Positions 46,426 to 55,583 of a stretch of DNA of 64,000 nucleotides are shown one piece after another. The stretch covers positions 340-64,339 of the forward strand of contig JADYXQ010000026.1 in NCBI GenBank assembly GCA_021772135.1. Reading direction: 5' to 3'. Within the stretch, counting starts at the first letter, position 1. Each line of letters begins with the position of its first letter. Source of the stretch: Candidatus Obscuribacter sp. Its GTDB lineage: Bacteria; Cyanobacteriota; Vampirovibrionia; Obscuribacterales; Obscuribacteraceae. Under the pieces are notes generated by a model, which did not search any database, was not told where the DNA came from, and worked only from the letters and a program-made list of their open reading frames with translations. The translations under genes were made by a program, and so were the position numbers.

Positions 46426-47790
46426 TCAGTCAGAAACCTTAAATGCAGGGCTTTTGCATAAAGCTTCCCGCATTTCGAACGCGCTTTGAAAGCGCTCGTC
46501 AGGATCCTTTCTCAATGCTTTATTGATTACTTCTACAACTTCTTTCGATAGGCTCACTCCAGGTTGGAAGAATGGTAATTGAGACGGGGACTCGTAAACG
46601 TGCTGACGCACCAGGTCATAAAAACTGTCACCCTGGAAGATAGGTTTACCGGTAAAAGACTCGTACATAACGCAACCCAGCGCATAAATGTCGCTGCGGG
46701 CATCTAACACTTTACCGGTGCATTGCTCGGGGCTCATGTAGCGAGGCGTGCCCACCACTTCTCCGGGATTGGTGAGTTTGAGTTTCTCGCGCTCGGCTGC
46801 CTGGTTTTTGGCAATGCCAAAATCGACAATTTTCACGGCCAGCTGGGGATCAAGTGATATAAGCAAATTGCTCGGCTTTATGTCTCTGTGTACGATACCG
46901 GCTTTGTGGACTGCGCTCAGACCGTCCAGAACCTGAGTGAAAAGCGCCACACCAAATTCGGCTGTCAAAGCGCCGTTTTCTTGCAGATAGCTGTCCATGC
47001 TCTGGCCGCTATGAAAGTCCATCACCATAAAGGGTTCCTGTCTGGCGGTGACGCCAAAATCAAAGACCGAAACCAGGTTCGGGTGAGACAGGCGGCTCAA
47101 AGTTTGCGCCTCGGTTTGAAAGCGCGCCACAACTTGATCATCTGCGGCATACTCCGGGTGCAACATTTTAATCGCTACCGCGCGGTTCATCAGTACGTGA
47201 CGGCCCCGGTAAACAATTCCCATGCCGCCCTGGCCGAGCACCCCTTCAATAGCGTAGCGGTCACCGATGATTGTTTTTCCACCATCATAATTTTGCAAAG
47301 AAGCCGGCCTGATTTCGTTATGCTGCGTATTGGCAGCACTGACTGCAGCCTGATTGCGGTTACTTTGCACTTTGAGCAAGCGATTGGCGATACCAGGGTC
47401 TAACCAGGTGGCGCCGGAGTGAACGGCTTTAATGGCGGCGTAGAGATGCTCGCCGGCTACGGTTTTTAGACAATAGCCATCAGCGCCCACTTCGAGCGCC
47501 TCTTGAATGAGTTCATCGTCCACGCTGGCAGTGAACATAATAATGCGCGTATTGGGCAGAGCTTGTTTAATTTCTTTAGCGGCGCGAATGCCGTCAACTT
47601 TCGGCAAGCCGATATCCATTAAAATGACATTGGGTTTGACCGCAAGTGCCTGTAAAATGGCGGTCACGCCATCACCGCACTCGGCTACGACCTTCAAATC
47701 GGCATAAGCTTCTAGAGCGCACTTTAAACCAAAGCGCGTTATTGCCTGGTCCTCAGCTATTAGCACGGTAATTGGTCGGTCCACGGACAT
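46426..47790 (-). CDS. receiver domain fused to Hanks-type Ser/Thr kinase
   Basis: Complete REC (LIAEDQ, ILMDIGLPKVDG, MFTAS, DGYCLK) followed by GQGGMGIVYRG, VAIKML, HRDIKPSNLL, DFGIAK, GTPRYMSPEQ. Confidence 0.85.
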   Translation of the reverse strand: MSVDRPITVLIAEDQAITRFGLKCALEAYADLKVVAECGDGVTAILQALAVKPNVILMDIGLPKVDGIRAAKEIKQALPNTRIIMFTASVDDELIQEALEVGADGYCLKTVAGEHLYAAIKAVHSGATWLDPGIANRLLKVQSNRNQAAVSAANTQHNEIRPASLQNYDGGKTIIGDRYAIEGVLGQGGMGIVYRGRHVLMNRAVAIKMLHPEYAADDQVVARFQTEAQTLSRLSHPNLVSVFDFGVTARQEPFMVMDFHSGQSMDSYLQENGALTAEFGVALFTQVLDGLSAVHKAGIVHRDIKPSNLLISLDPQLAVKIVDFGIAKNQAAEREKLKLTNPGEVVGTPRYMSPEQCTGKVLDARSDIYALGCVMYESFTGKPIFQGDSFYDLVRQHVYESPSQLPFFQPGVSLSKEVVEVINKALRKDPDERFQSAFEMREALCKSPAFKVSD

Positions 47791-47866
47791 TTTTTGAGTA
47801 CTACTCTTTTCCGTTTTAAGTAAGATAAGCTAATCCATTATTCCACGTGCGTTCAATGTCTACTGC

Positions 47867-49153
47867 TTGGTTGAGGAATATCGAAGGTTGAAATCGCAGT
47901 CTTCGTCACCACTTTTGCCGGGAGCAGACGCTGATGCCGCTCGTGAGTGGCGCCTGTGCAGCCAGCTCCTTAATCACCAGCTGGCTTTGCAGGGCAATAA
48001 TCCCGGCTGGTATTGTCAATCATTCAACCCCTATCCTTTTGGTGTAGATGCTGACCACTTACGGCTTCAACATAATTTGCAGAGGGAATTGCACGCCGTC
48101 ATCAAAATTATTGTGCGAAACTATTTTATTGATAAGCGTCTGCAGCAGTTAATTTCCTTAAGCAAGCCGGCCACCAGTCTCTTGAAATTTATCGAAAGTA
48201 GAGAGCCGCAATACGCTGTGGGCAGCTATCGACCTGATTTTTTGCACGCTCTGGACGATCATATCCAGATATGTGAAATCAACGCTCGCTTTCCTCTAAA
48301 TGCCTATTTGATTAGCTATTATCTGAATCAGGCTGTCGGCCAATTGTCTGCTATGCACAGCAATTTTTTGCAGGGGCCTGCCGCTCTCGATCAAATTCTT
48401 AACCGCTTGCTTTGTCGTTTTGCCCCCGGCGCTAAAGTTTGCTTGTGGAAAGGCCGCGAGCGCGGCTGGGATATTCATTTTTTCAATTACGAGCTTAAGC
48501 GCCTCGGTTTCGAGATTGTGCCCGTTAACGGTAAGCCTGACGGTCTGGTGATGGAATTGAATCAGGACGAAATTTTGTCCGACTCTAACCACAATCGTCT
48601 GGTCGAATTGATTGAAACCGTACCGCAACGCTTCTGGCTTAACGATTTGCGTACAATATTTTTGGTTCACGACAAGAGGTTTCTCGCCCTCTTTCAGCGC
48701 CATGACATACTGCGCGATTATCTTTGTGAGGCGCAGATCAAACTACTCGCAAGGCATGTGGTTCCTACATTTGTGCTGGGGCGGTCGCCGCAGCAAAGAG
48801 AGCAAGCATTGAGCAATCCAGGTGCCTGGCTGTTGAAGCCAAATCTGCTGGGCAAAGGAGAGGGTATTCTATTTGGCGGCAACATGTCGGCCGCAGCGTG
48901 GCGTGCAGCGTTGACGAGCACCTCCCACGAGCACTATGTTTTGCAATCGGTTGTGCAACAAAAGCGTTTTTCACTAATGCAGCCGCAAAATGGAAGCCCG
49001 GCAATTATAGGCATGCACGTTGTGGGTACATTGCTCTGTCTTGATGACTATTTTTTCGGGCCTGGTATTTACCGCGCTTCATGTGGCGATATCGTCAATG
49101 TGGCCGGTGGCGGCACCATTCTTTTTCCCGTTCTTTCTACACCGAGCGCTTAA
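47867..49153 (+). CDS. ATP-grasp ligase resembling eukaryotic-type glutathione synthetase
   Basis: GSYRPDFL...IQICEINARFPLNAY and AWLLKPNLLGKGEGILFG...HYVLQSVV blocks are collinear with GSH_synth_ATP-type enzymes (from memory). TTG start. Confidence 0.55.
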   Translation: MVEEYRRLKSQSSSPLLPGADADAAREWRLCSQLLNHQLALQGNNPGWYCQSFNPYPFGVDADHLRLQHNLQRELHAVIKIIVRNYFIDKRLQQLISLSKPATSLLKFIESREPQYAVGSYRPDFLHALDDHIQICEINARFPLNAYLISYYLNQAVGQLSAMHSNFLQGPAALDQILNRLLCRFAPGAKVCLWKGRERGWDIHFFNYELKRLGFEIVPVNGKPDGLVMELNQDEILSDSNHNRLVELIETVPQRFWLNDLRTIFLVHDKRFLALFQRHDILRDYLCEAQIKLLARHVVPTFVLGRSPQQREQALSNPGAWLLKPNLLGKGEGILFGGNMSAAAWRAALTSTSHEHYVLQSVVQQKRFSLMQPQNGSPAIIGMHVVGTLLCLDDYFFGPGIYRASCGDIVNVAGGGTILFPVLSTPSA

Positions 49154-49156
49154 GTT

Positions 49157-50404
49157 ATGCATGGTCGGTTTTACAATAAGGAAGAAATTTTTCAACTGGC
49201 GAAAAAGCATAGTTTTTATGGTGAGCGTTTGCGAGGAGTGCAGAGCTTTGTTCAGGCACCGACTATAAATAAAATAGATTTATATGCTGCGATCGCCGCT
49301 GCGCAGACAGAGCCGGGCTTTCATAAAGGCATTTACTGGAGCCCCACCGGTGGTAGCACCAGTCAACTGCTGTTCTATCCCACCGCCATTGACGAGAATC
49401 AATTTCAAAGGCAAAAGCTGCTGCCCTATTTGAGCCACACTGCGATGTTTACTGTAGAAATGGTAGCGCTCAATTTGTTCGGCAGTACGATGATGTATCG
49501 CTCGGCTGAAATTTTCAATTATTTTTGCGAGCAGGCTGGAGCCACAACCTTGCCTGTATCATCGCAATGTCCTGACCTGACAGCGCTGGAAATCGCGTTG
49601 CGATTTGGGGCTAATACCCTGATGGGCAATACTTCTCGGCTACTGCAATTTGCCAGGTACGTTGAGTCGGTCAAGCAGCAATTTGGTGAAATAGAGATCA
49701 AATTTGAGCATGTTGTTTTCGGCGGAGAAGGCATGCCTGTCCACAAAATGGAATATTTGCGTCAGGTGCTGGGCAGCGATAAATTCAGCGGCATTTTTGG
49801 CTCGGCTGAAAGTGGTATCTGGGCCTTTAAACCGAGCGCACTGCCGTTAAACACGTACTTTTATGCGCGGCAATTGATGCATCTGGAAATTGTAGAACCA
49901 GACGCTGACGGTTTTGGTCGCATGGTTTTAACCAATCTAGTACGAGGGCGAAATCCACTCTTGCGCTACGATTGCGGCGATCGCGCCAGGTTTTGTCAGG
50001 CTCCGGACATTTGTAGTTTCAGCGAGAACGACAACCTAGGGGCCTTTGAGCTGACTGGTCGGGTTGAAGGTTCGTTTCAACTGGGGGGCGAATATTACTA
50101 TTTAAGTGAGTTTACAAAACTGCTGGCAGAGAGCAAAGATTTACTGCTCGATTATCAAATAGAATTGAGTTATGATCCGATAAAGAAGCTTGATCAGGCG
50201 CGTTTTTTAGTGGTCTCTCAGCCATCGGGTAAAGGTGAAGGCAAGCGTCAAGCTGACAGGCTTTTGATTAAAAATGCAGTTGAAACCTGGATTAATCCGG
50301 ACGATAACTTATTCTTGTTGGCTGTGGAATTCGTAGAGATGGACAGATTGACTCGCAGTTCTACCGCTCAAAAAGTAGTGCGAATCAGCGACTTGAGGTC
50401 TTAA
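49157..50404 (+). CDS. adenylate-forming enzyme, PaaK / coenzyme F390 synthetase-like
   Basis: WSPTGGSTSQLLFYP (degenerate SSGTTG loop), about 415 aa in length, C-terminal small domain. Confidence 0.6.
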   Translation: MHGRFYNKEEIFQLAKKHSFYGERLRGVQSFVQAPTINKIDLYAAIAAAQTEPGFHKGIYWSPTGGSTSQLLFYPTAIDENQFQRQKLLPYLSHTAMFTVEMVALNLFGSTMMYRSAEIFNYFCEQAGATTLPVSSQCPDLTALEIALRFGANTLMGNTSRLLQFARYVESVKQQFGEIEIKFEHVVFGGEGMPVHKMEYLRQVLGSDKFSGIFGSAESGIWAFKPSALPLNTYFYARQLMHLEIVEPDADGFGRMVLTNLVRGRNPLLRYDCGDRARFCQAPDICSFSENDNLGAFELTGRVEGSFQLGGEYYYLSEFTKLLAESKDLLLDYQIELSYDPIKKLDQARFLVVSQPSGKGEGKRQADRLLIKNAVETWINPDDNLFLLAVEFVEMDRLTRSSTAQKVVRISDLRS

Positions 50405-50407
50405 AAC

Positions 50408-51154
50408 ATGGCCATAGAGACTGTTAAAGCGTTTGGCACGAAATTTGTTCTCGCTTCTGGCCAGGCTTTTGCTCTGGAAGCTTATAAAAATTCGCTGTCA
50501 GTTTACGGCTATGCTGAAATTGCCCTCTCGTATAAAGATGATGGCGGTGCTACGCTCGTTCGACTGGTTAGTCAGCTAGGATCGGCTCACACCCACGATC
50601 AGAGCGGTCGCCAGGTGTGGGACGTTAAATTTGATCAAAGCGTAGATCAACAATTGGGAACGAGATCGCACACTCTGCGCGAATTTTCGATGCATACCGA
50701 TGCTAGTTTTGAAGTGCCTCCACCTCAATATGTTGCACTCGGTGTGGTGCAAGAAGACAGGCTTGGCGGCGGCATTACCCAATTGCTTGACGGCAAAAAT
50801 TTGCATTCGTCTCTTTCAGATGAAAGTAAAGAAACTCTGCGCCGCAGTTTGTTTACCGTCGCTGTACCACTTGAATTTCGCCGCAGTAAAGATGATAGCT
50901 TTGTGCGCGTGCCTTTGCTCGACCAGCACGGCAACTTTCGTTTTCGTCATGAGTTATTAGACCTGGAGAGCTTGAACGCTCAACAATTGAAAGCAGTTAA
51001 AGAGTTGCAAGAATTATTGACAAACGAGCATTGGGCAATCTCTTTGCCCTTGCCGCAGGGCACGATTTTACTGATCGACAATGGACGCATGTTTCATGCG
51101 CGTACAAGGGTGCTGGACAAAGAAAGACATCTTTTGCGCATGCGCTTTCATTAG
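50408..51154 (+). CDS. TauD/TfdA-like Fe(II)/2-oxoglutarate dioxygenase
   Basis: MHTDASF (HxD) and the distal GRMFHARTR (His/Arg). Confidence 0.7.
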   Translation: MAIETVKAFGTKFVLASGQAFALEAYKNSLSVYGYAEIALSYKDDGGATLVRLVSQLGSAHTHDQSGRQVWDVKFDQSVDQQLGTRSHTLREFSMHTDASFEVPPPQYVALGVVQEDRLGGGITQLLDGKNLHSSLSDESKETLRRSLFTVAVPLEFRRSKDDSFVRVPLLDQHGNFRFRHELLDLESLNAQQLKAVKELQELLTNEHWAISLPLPQGTILLIDNGRMFHARTRVLDKERHLLRMRFH

Positions 51155-51159
51155 TGAAT

Positions 51160-52245
51160 TTAATGCTCATGGCGATGGTGCAAATCGGGATAGTGCGGAT
51201 GGTTGTGCTCTAAGGCGTCATGGCTGTGCTTGTGACTGTGACTGACACCACTCTTGAGGCCGCCAACGGGCTCGTCTTCAGGCCGGTGTGCATGCCTGTG
51301 GTCGATGTCGTGCACATGTTCGTGCTCGTGCTCCATGGCTTCGTGTTTGTGTCGGTGTTCGTGATGCTCGCTGATGTGCAAGTAAACTCCCACCGCCATT
51401 AGCAATGCCGCTATGAGCAGAGCCGGGCCCACCGGGTTGTGAAAAATGATAATCGAAAGCAAGGCCCCGATAAAAGGAGCGGTAGCGAAGTAAGCGCTAC
51501 TGCGAGCGCTACCTAGATAGCGCAAGGCCAGCACATAGAGCACCAGGCTCACACCATAACCAAGAAAACCCACAGCCATGGCAGCTAACACAATTGGCCA
51601 GGGAGGCAATTGCTGATGCAGAGCGGCTGCTAGAGTGAAATTGACGCAACCGGCCGCTAACCCTTTAATTAGAGCTATTTGACTGGGCTCAAGATCCGCC
51701 ACTTGCCGCGTGATATTGTTGTCGATGGCCCAGCAAAGGCAGGCCAGGGCAATGAAAACAGAGCCAAAGTTAAAAGCAGGGGTCAGAGAGTCCGCGGAAT
51801 TATTGAGTGAGAGCATGACACCGCCAGCGGTGATTGCAACGACACCGAAAATTACGCGTCGGTCAAAATTTTCGCGCAAACAGACCCAGGCGATTACCGC
51901 TGTGAATGCGGTTTCAAGATTTAGTAGCAATGATGCACTGACGGCACTGCACTGCTGCAGACCAGACATGAGAAGCACCGGTGCGGCAATTCCTCCGCTC
52001 AACACTATCAATGCCAGATAAGGCAGATCTCGGTTTTTGATCGCTGCCCCATTGGCTCTAATTCCGCCAAGACGCTTCACTAAAGCAATAAGACTGAAGC
52101 TCAGGCCGCTACCTAGATAAAATAGGGCCGCTAAAAGAATAGGGTCGACTTTGCCGCTAAGCAATTTTGCCACGGGCGTGCTGGCACCGAATAGCGCCGC
52201 CGCTGCTCCTGCTAATAGAATTCCTCTGACTTTGTCGGAAGGCAC
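51160..52245 (-). CDS. DMT (EamA) family transporter with ~70-aa His-rich C-terminal tail
   Basis: Ten TM segments in two EamA halves. The tail reads HISEHHEHRHKHEAMEHEHEHVHDIDHRHAH...HSHKHSHDALEHNHPHYPDLHHRHEH. Confidence 0.85.
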   Translation of the reverse strand: MPSDKVRGILLAGAAAALFGASTPVAKLLSGKVDPILLAALFYLGSGLSFSLIALVKRLGGIRANGAAIKNRDLPYLALIVLSGGIAAPVLLMSGLQQCSAVSASLLLNLETAFTAVIAWVCLRENFDRRVIFGVVAITAGGVMLSLNNSADSLTPAFNFGSVFIALACLCWAIDNNITRQVADLEPSQIALIKGLAAGCVNFTLAAALHQQLPPWPIVLAAMAVGFLGYGVSLVLYVLALRYLGSARSSAYFATAPFIGALLSIIIFHNPVGPALLIAALLMAVGVYLHISEHHEHRHKHEAMEHEHEHVHDIDHRHAHRPEDEPVGGLKSGVSHSHKHSHDALEHNHPHYPDLHHRHEH

Positions 52246-52275
52246 AAGAAACTCCTTGATCAGGGCCGAATGAGG

Positions 52276-53397
52276 CTAAATGCCGATGCCCTGCCCACCT
52301 GTACTGAGCACATAAATCAAAAGTGCGGTAGCCGCGAGAAGCAGAATGGTGGCAACGATAATGGCGACAATGACAATTTTGGGCATACCTTGCGATTGCA
52401 AATTTTCTTCTTCAGCTTCGTCATCATAATCTTGATCGTCTTCATAGAGATCTGCTTTGGGCTTGCGATAAGCGTAAGGCACAGCTAGCGGTTTGCCGGT
52501 CTTAACCGCTTGCAAATCTCTGGCCAGTTCAGTCAATGATTGATAACGATCTTCTTTTTCTTTTTCTAAAAGCCTGGCTACAACCACTTCAATTCCTTCA
52601 GGAAAATCTTTGCCTAATGATGCTTCGCGCAACTTCAGCGGAATTTCTTTCTGGTGTTTAACCATGGTAATGAGTGCGCTATCGCCCATGAATGGCGGCG
52701 CTCCGGTGAGGGTCTCGTAGAGTGCGCAGCCGACCGAATAAATATCCGAACGCGGATCGACTTCTGCACCACGACATTGCTCGGGGCTCATATAGAGGGG
52801 GCTGCCGAAAATGGCACCGGTATTAGTGGTGGCAGCGCAATCTTGGCCGGTGGGCGTGGCTAATTTGGCAATACCAAAATCGAGGATTTTAACCGTGGGT
52901 TTGGTGGCACCTTTATCGTAAGTTAGCATGATATTGGCAGGCTTAATATCGCGATGAACAAAGCCGCGTTCATGGGCAAAATTGAGACCATCGGCAATCT
53001 GGCCAAATATTTCCAGAGCCTCGCTCAAAGAAATTGTCGCTTGCCTTTTAAGCAATTCGGCCATAGATTCACCTTCAAGCAAATCCATGACGTAATAAGG
53101 GTATTTGCCGTCGGCTATGCCCAGATCGTAAATTTTGACCATGTTTTTATGTTCGAGTTTGGCTACAGACTTGGCTTCCATTTGAAAGCGCGCCCAGCTC
53201 TCTTTGGTCACTTCGTCCGGAGGAATGGTTTTGAGGGCAAATTCGCGATTGAGAAAAGCATGATGCACCCTGTAAACGGCTCCCATACCGCCGTGTCCGA
53301 TCTGGCTGATAATGCGATATGAGCCGGCAAAGGTATCACCCTCTTTAATTGTAAGGAGGCTACCGCTCTTGGGTCGCTGAAACTTGTGCTCTGGCAT
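52276..53397 (-). CDS. Hanks-type Ser/Thr kinase with acidic linker and C-terminal TM anchor
   Basis: GHGGMGAVYR, FALKT, HRDIKPANIML, DFGIAKL, GSPLYMSPEQ. C-terminal IVIVAIIVATILLLAATALLIYVL. Confidence 0.9.
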   Translation of the reverse strand: MPEHKFQRPKSGSLLTIKEGDTFAGSYRIISQIGHGGMGAVYRVHHAFLNREFALKTIPPDEVTKESWARFQMEAKSVAKLEHKNMVKIYDLGIADGKYPYYVMDLLEGESMAELLKRQATISLSEALEIFGQIADGLNFAHERGFVHRDIKPANIMLTYDKGATKPTVKILDFGIAKLATPTGQDCAATTNTGAIFGSPLYMSPEQCRGAEVDPRSDIYSVGCALYETLTGAPPFMGDSALITMVKHQKEIPLKLREASLGKDFPEGIEVVVARLLEKEKEDRYQSLTELARDLQAVKTGKPLAVPYAYRKPKADLYEDDQDYDDEAEEENLQSQGMPKIVIVAIIVATILLLAATALLIYVLSTGGQGIGI

Positions 53398-53442
53398 TCA
53401 CTAACTCTGACAATGACTTTACTATTTTATGCGCTTTTGAGG

Positions 53443-55542
53443 TCAATCGGTGTTGTTACTCTGGTCTGACCGATCGGAAGGCGCCACATTTTTCACCACG
53501 CAACGGGGTAACACCTTTCGCAGCTTATGTTTCAGCTTTGGCGACCAATCTGAAAGGTTCAAATATAGTCTGGTTAAATGCGGCATTTTCATAAAAAACT
53601 CGGTGGATGCCGAGGTGATCTCGTAATTACGCCGTAAATCGAGGCAACGGAGATGCTTCAGTTTGACAAGCGGTGCCAGGTCGCGATCGTGCAATTTATT
53701 GTTGCTTAAGGTCAAAGTTTCGAGTTTGGGCATGGTGCTCAGGCTCTCGATATCATGAGCGTTGACGAAGGTTCTATCGAGATAAAGCCGTTCGATATTT
53801 TTTGAATGGCGCATGGCATCGAGTAAAGGCGACACTTTGTCATTACTATTAAAATTGAGACTGGTAAGGCGTTGAGCCAAAGGCGCTTTGGCCATTCCGG
53901 CGCCGGTGATTTTGGTGTCTGCTATATCAAGCGTGTCCAGTTTAGTCAGTCTCGACATATAGGCCAGGCAACCGTCGTCAAGTTCATTGCCCGCCAGTTC
54001 AAGCTTGTGAATCGAGGTCACTTGCGAAATATTTTTCACCATTGCGTTGTTGCCTTCGATGCTTTTGCTTTCAAAATGTTTTAAATCACCATGCTGAAAG
54101 CGCTTGAGGATAGCGGGATATTGCGTGGCATCACCGCTCACCGTTATTTTTATATTGGCGTCAAATGGCACATCACGTGGGCCGCGCGCCATAGAGGTGG
54201 CCAGCACATGGCCTGTTGAGTATTTCAAAAAACCGACCGAAAAATCTCTGGGAAATTCAAAATGACGAATAAGTTGGCCGTTCTTTTTTATGATTGTGGA
54301 AAATGGTGGCTTCTGATCGCCGATTTCAGCCTGGTATAGATTTTGCAAAGGCATTCGATCGGCAGTTCCTGTGCCGGTCGGTGGCGCCGCCTTTGGTACC
54401 ACTTTCTTTTCGGTCAGCTGCGGCCACAGGCTAAAAGTGGCCGTGAGGGCTGCTGCACCTAACAATGGAAACAAGGCCAGGCCAATAATTTTCATGCGAT
54501 TTTCGCTTGCCGCATGTGCCTTCTTATCTGCAGTGCTAATGGTAGTCTCCAACGCTCTAGCGATGGCGGGTCGACTGAAAGCTGGTGTAGGAGCGTCAAG
54601 AGAATTATTGATGTAATGCTCGAGGCTGAGTAAATCGCCTGCGGTTTCTGCCAGTGACTGATAGCGATGCTCGGGCGACTTCTGCAGCAACTTAGCAATG
54701 ATGCGCTCAAGCTCTGGTGGAAATTTGAAATTATTGCCGCTCACCTGCGAACTCAGTGTAGGTGCCTCCATCGACTGGTGCATCATTGTGGTTTCAACAG
54801 CCGTGTTGCCGGCAAAAGGCGTACTGCCTGTGAGGATTTCAAAAAAGGTAACGCCCACCGAATAAATGTCGCTGCGATGATCGACCGCGGTACCAGCGCA
54901 CTGCTCGGGGCTCATGTAAAGAGGGCTGCCGAAGACTTCGCCCGGCCGCGTCACGCCTTGACTGGCACCGCCATGAGTGGCATTTAGTTTGGCGATACCG
55001 AAGTCGACAATTTTGACGATTTTGCCGCCGGCGGCATTGCTCTGGCTCAGTAGCATGATATTGGCCGGCTTAATATCACGGTGAATAATTCCGCGATCAT
55101 GGGCATAACTCAAACCGGCGCACACTTGCCGAAAGATAGGCAGGGTTTGCTTGATCGGGAGAATATCAAGGCAACGCAATAGTTCGCTCAATGACTCGCC
55201 GGTGAGCAAATCCATTGTGTAATAAGGCAAACCACTTTCAGAATGACTCATATCGTAAATTTTGACGATGTTAATGTGATCGAGCCTGGCAATGGCCTGA
55301 GCTTCATTTTGAAAACGGCGCCAGGCTGTGGCAGTGACCTGATCGGAACGCAAGACTTTAAGAGCGAGCTGCCGATGCATAGCCAGGTGTTCTACCCGGT
55401 AAACGAAACCCATGCCGCCCTGTCCGAGATATGCTTCAATTTGGTAGCTGCCATTGATAATATCGCCAATGGCAAAGGGCCCGCAGTTTTCTTGCGAAAG
55501 CGAAACAGAATGGCCCGTTGTATTCTCGCGGCTGTCTGACAT
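53443..55542 (-). CDS. Hanks-type Ser/Thr kinase - TM - 'FPxD' + LRR module
   Basis: GQGGMGFVYR, ALKVL, HRDIKPANIML, DFGIAKL, SPLYMSPEQ. TM segment IIGLALFPLLGAAALTATF. FEFPRDFSVGFL followed by LRRs (LELAGNELDDGCLAYMSRLTKLDTLDIADTKITG...). Confidence 0.9.
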   Translation of the reverse strand: MSDSRENTTGHSVSLSQENCGPFAIGDIINGSYQIEAYLGQGGMGFVYRVEHLAMHRQLALKVLRSDQVTATAWRRFQNEAQAIARLDHINIVKIYDMSHSESGLPYYTMDLLTGESLSELLRCLDILPIKQTLPIFRQVCAGLSYAHDRGIIHRDIKPANIMLLSQSNAAGGKIVKIVDFGIAKLNATHGGASQGVTRPGEVFGSPLYMSPEQCAGTAVDHRSDIYSVGVTFFEILTGSTPFAGNTAVETTMMHQSMEAPTLSSQVSGNNFKFPPELERIIAKLLQKSPEHRYQSLAETAGDLLSLEHYINNSLDAPTPAFSRPAIARALETTISTADKKAHAASENRMKIIGLALFPLLGAAALTATFSLWPQLTEKKVVPKAAPPTGTGTADRMPLQNLYQAEIGDQKPPFSTIIKKNGQLIRHFEFPRDFSVGFLKYSTGHVLATSMARGPRDVPFDANIKITVSGDATQYPAILKRFQHGDLKHFESKSIEGNNAMVKNISQVTSIHKLELAGNELDDGCLAYMSRLTKLDTLDIADTKITGAGMAKAPLAQRLTSLNFNSNDKVSPLLDAMRHSKNIERLYLDRTFVNAHDIESLSTMPKLETLTLSNNKLHDRDLAPLVKLKHLRCLDLRRNYEITSASTEFFMKMPHLTRLYLNLSDWSPKLKHKLRKVLPRCVVKNVAPSDRSDQSNNTD

Positions 55543-55583
55543 TTGACCTCCGCTGGCATTATTCCACTATTATTGTTTAAACC

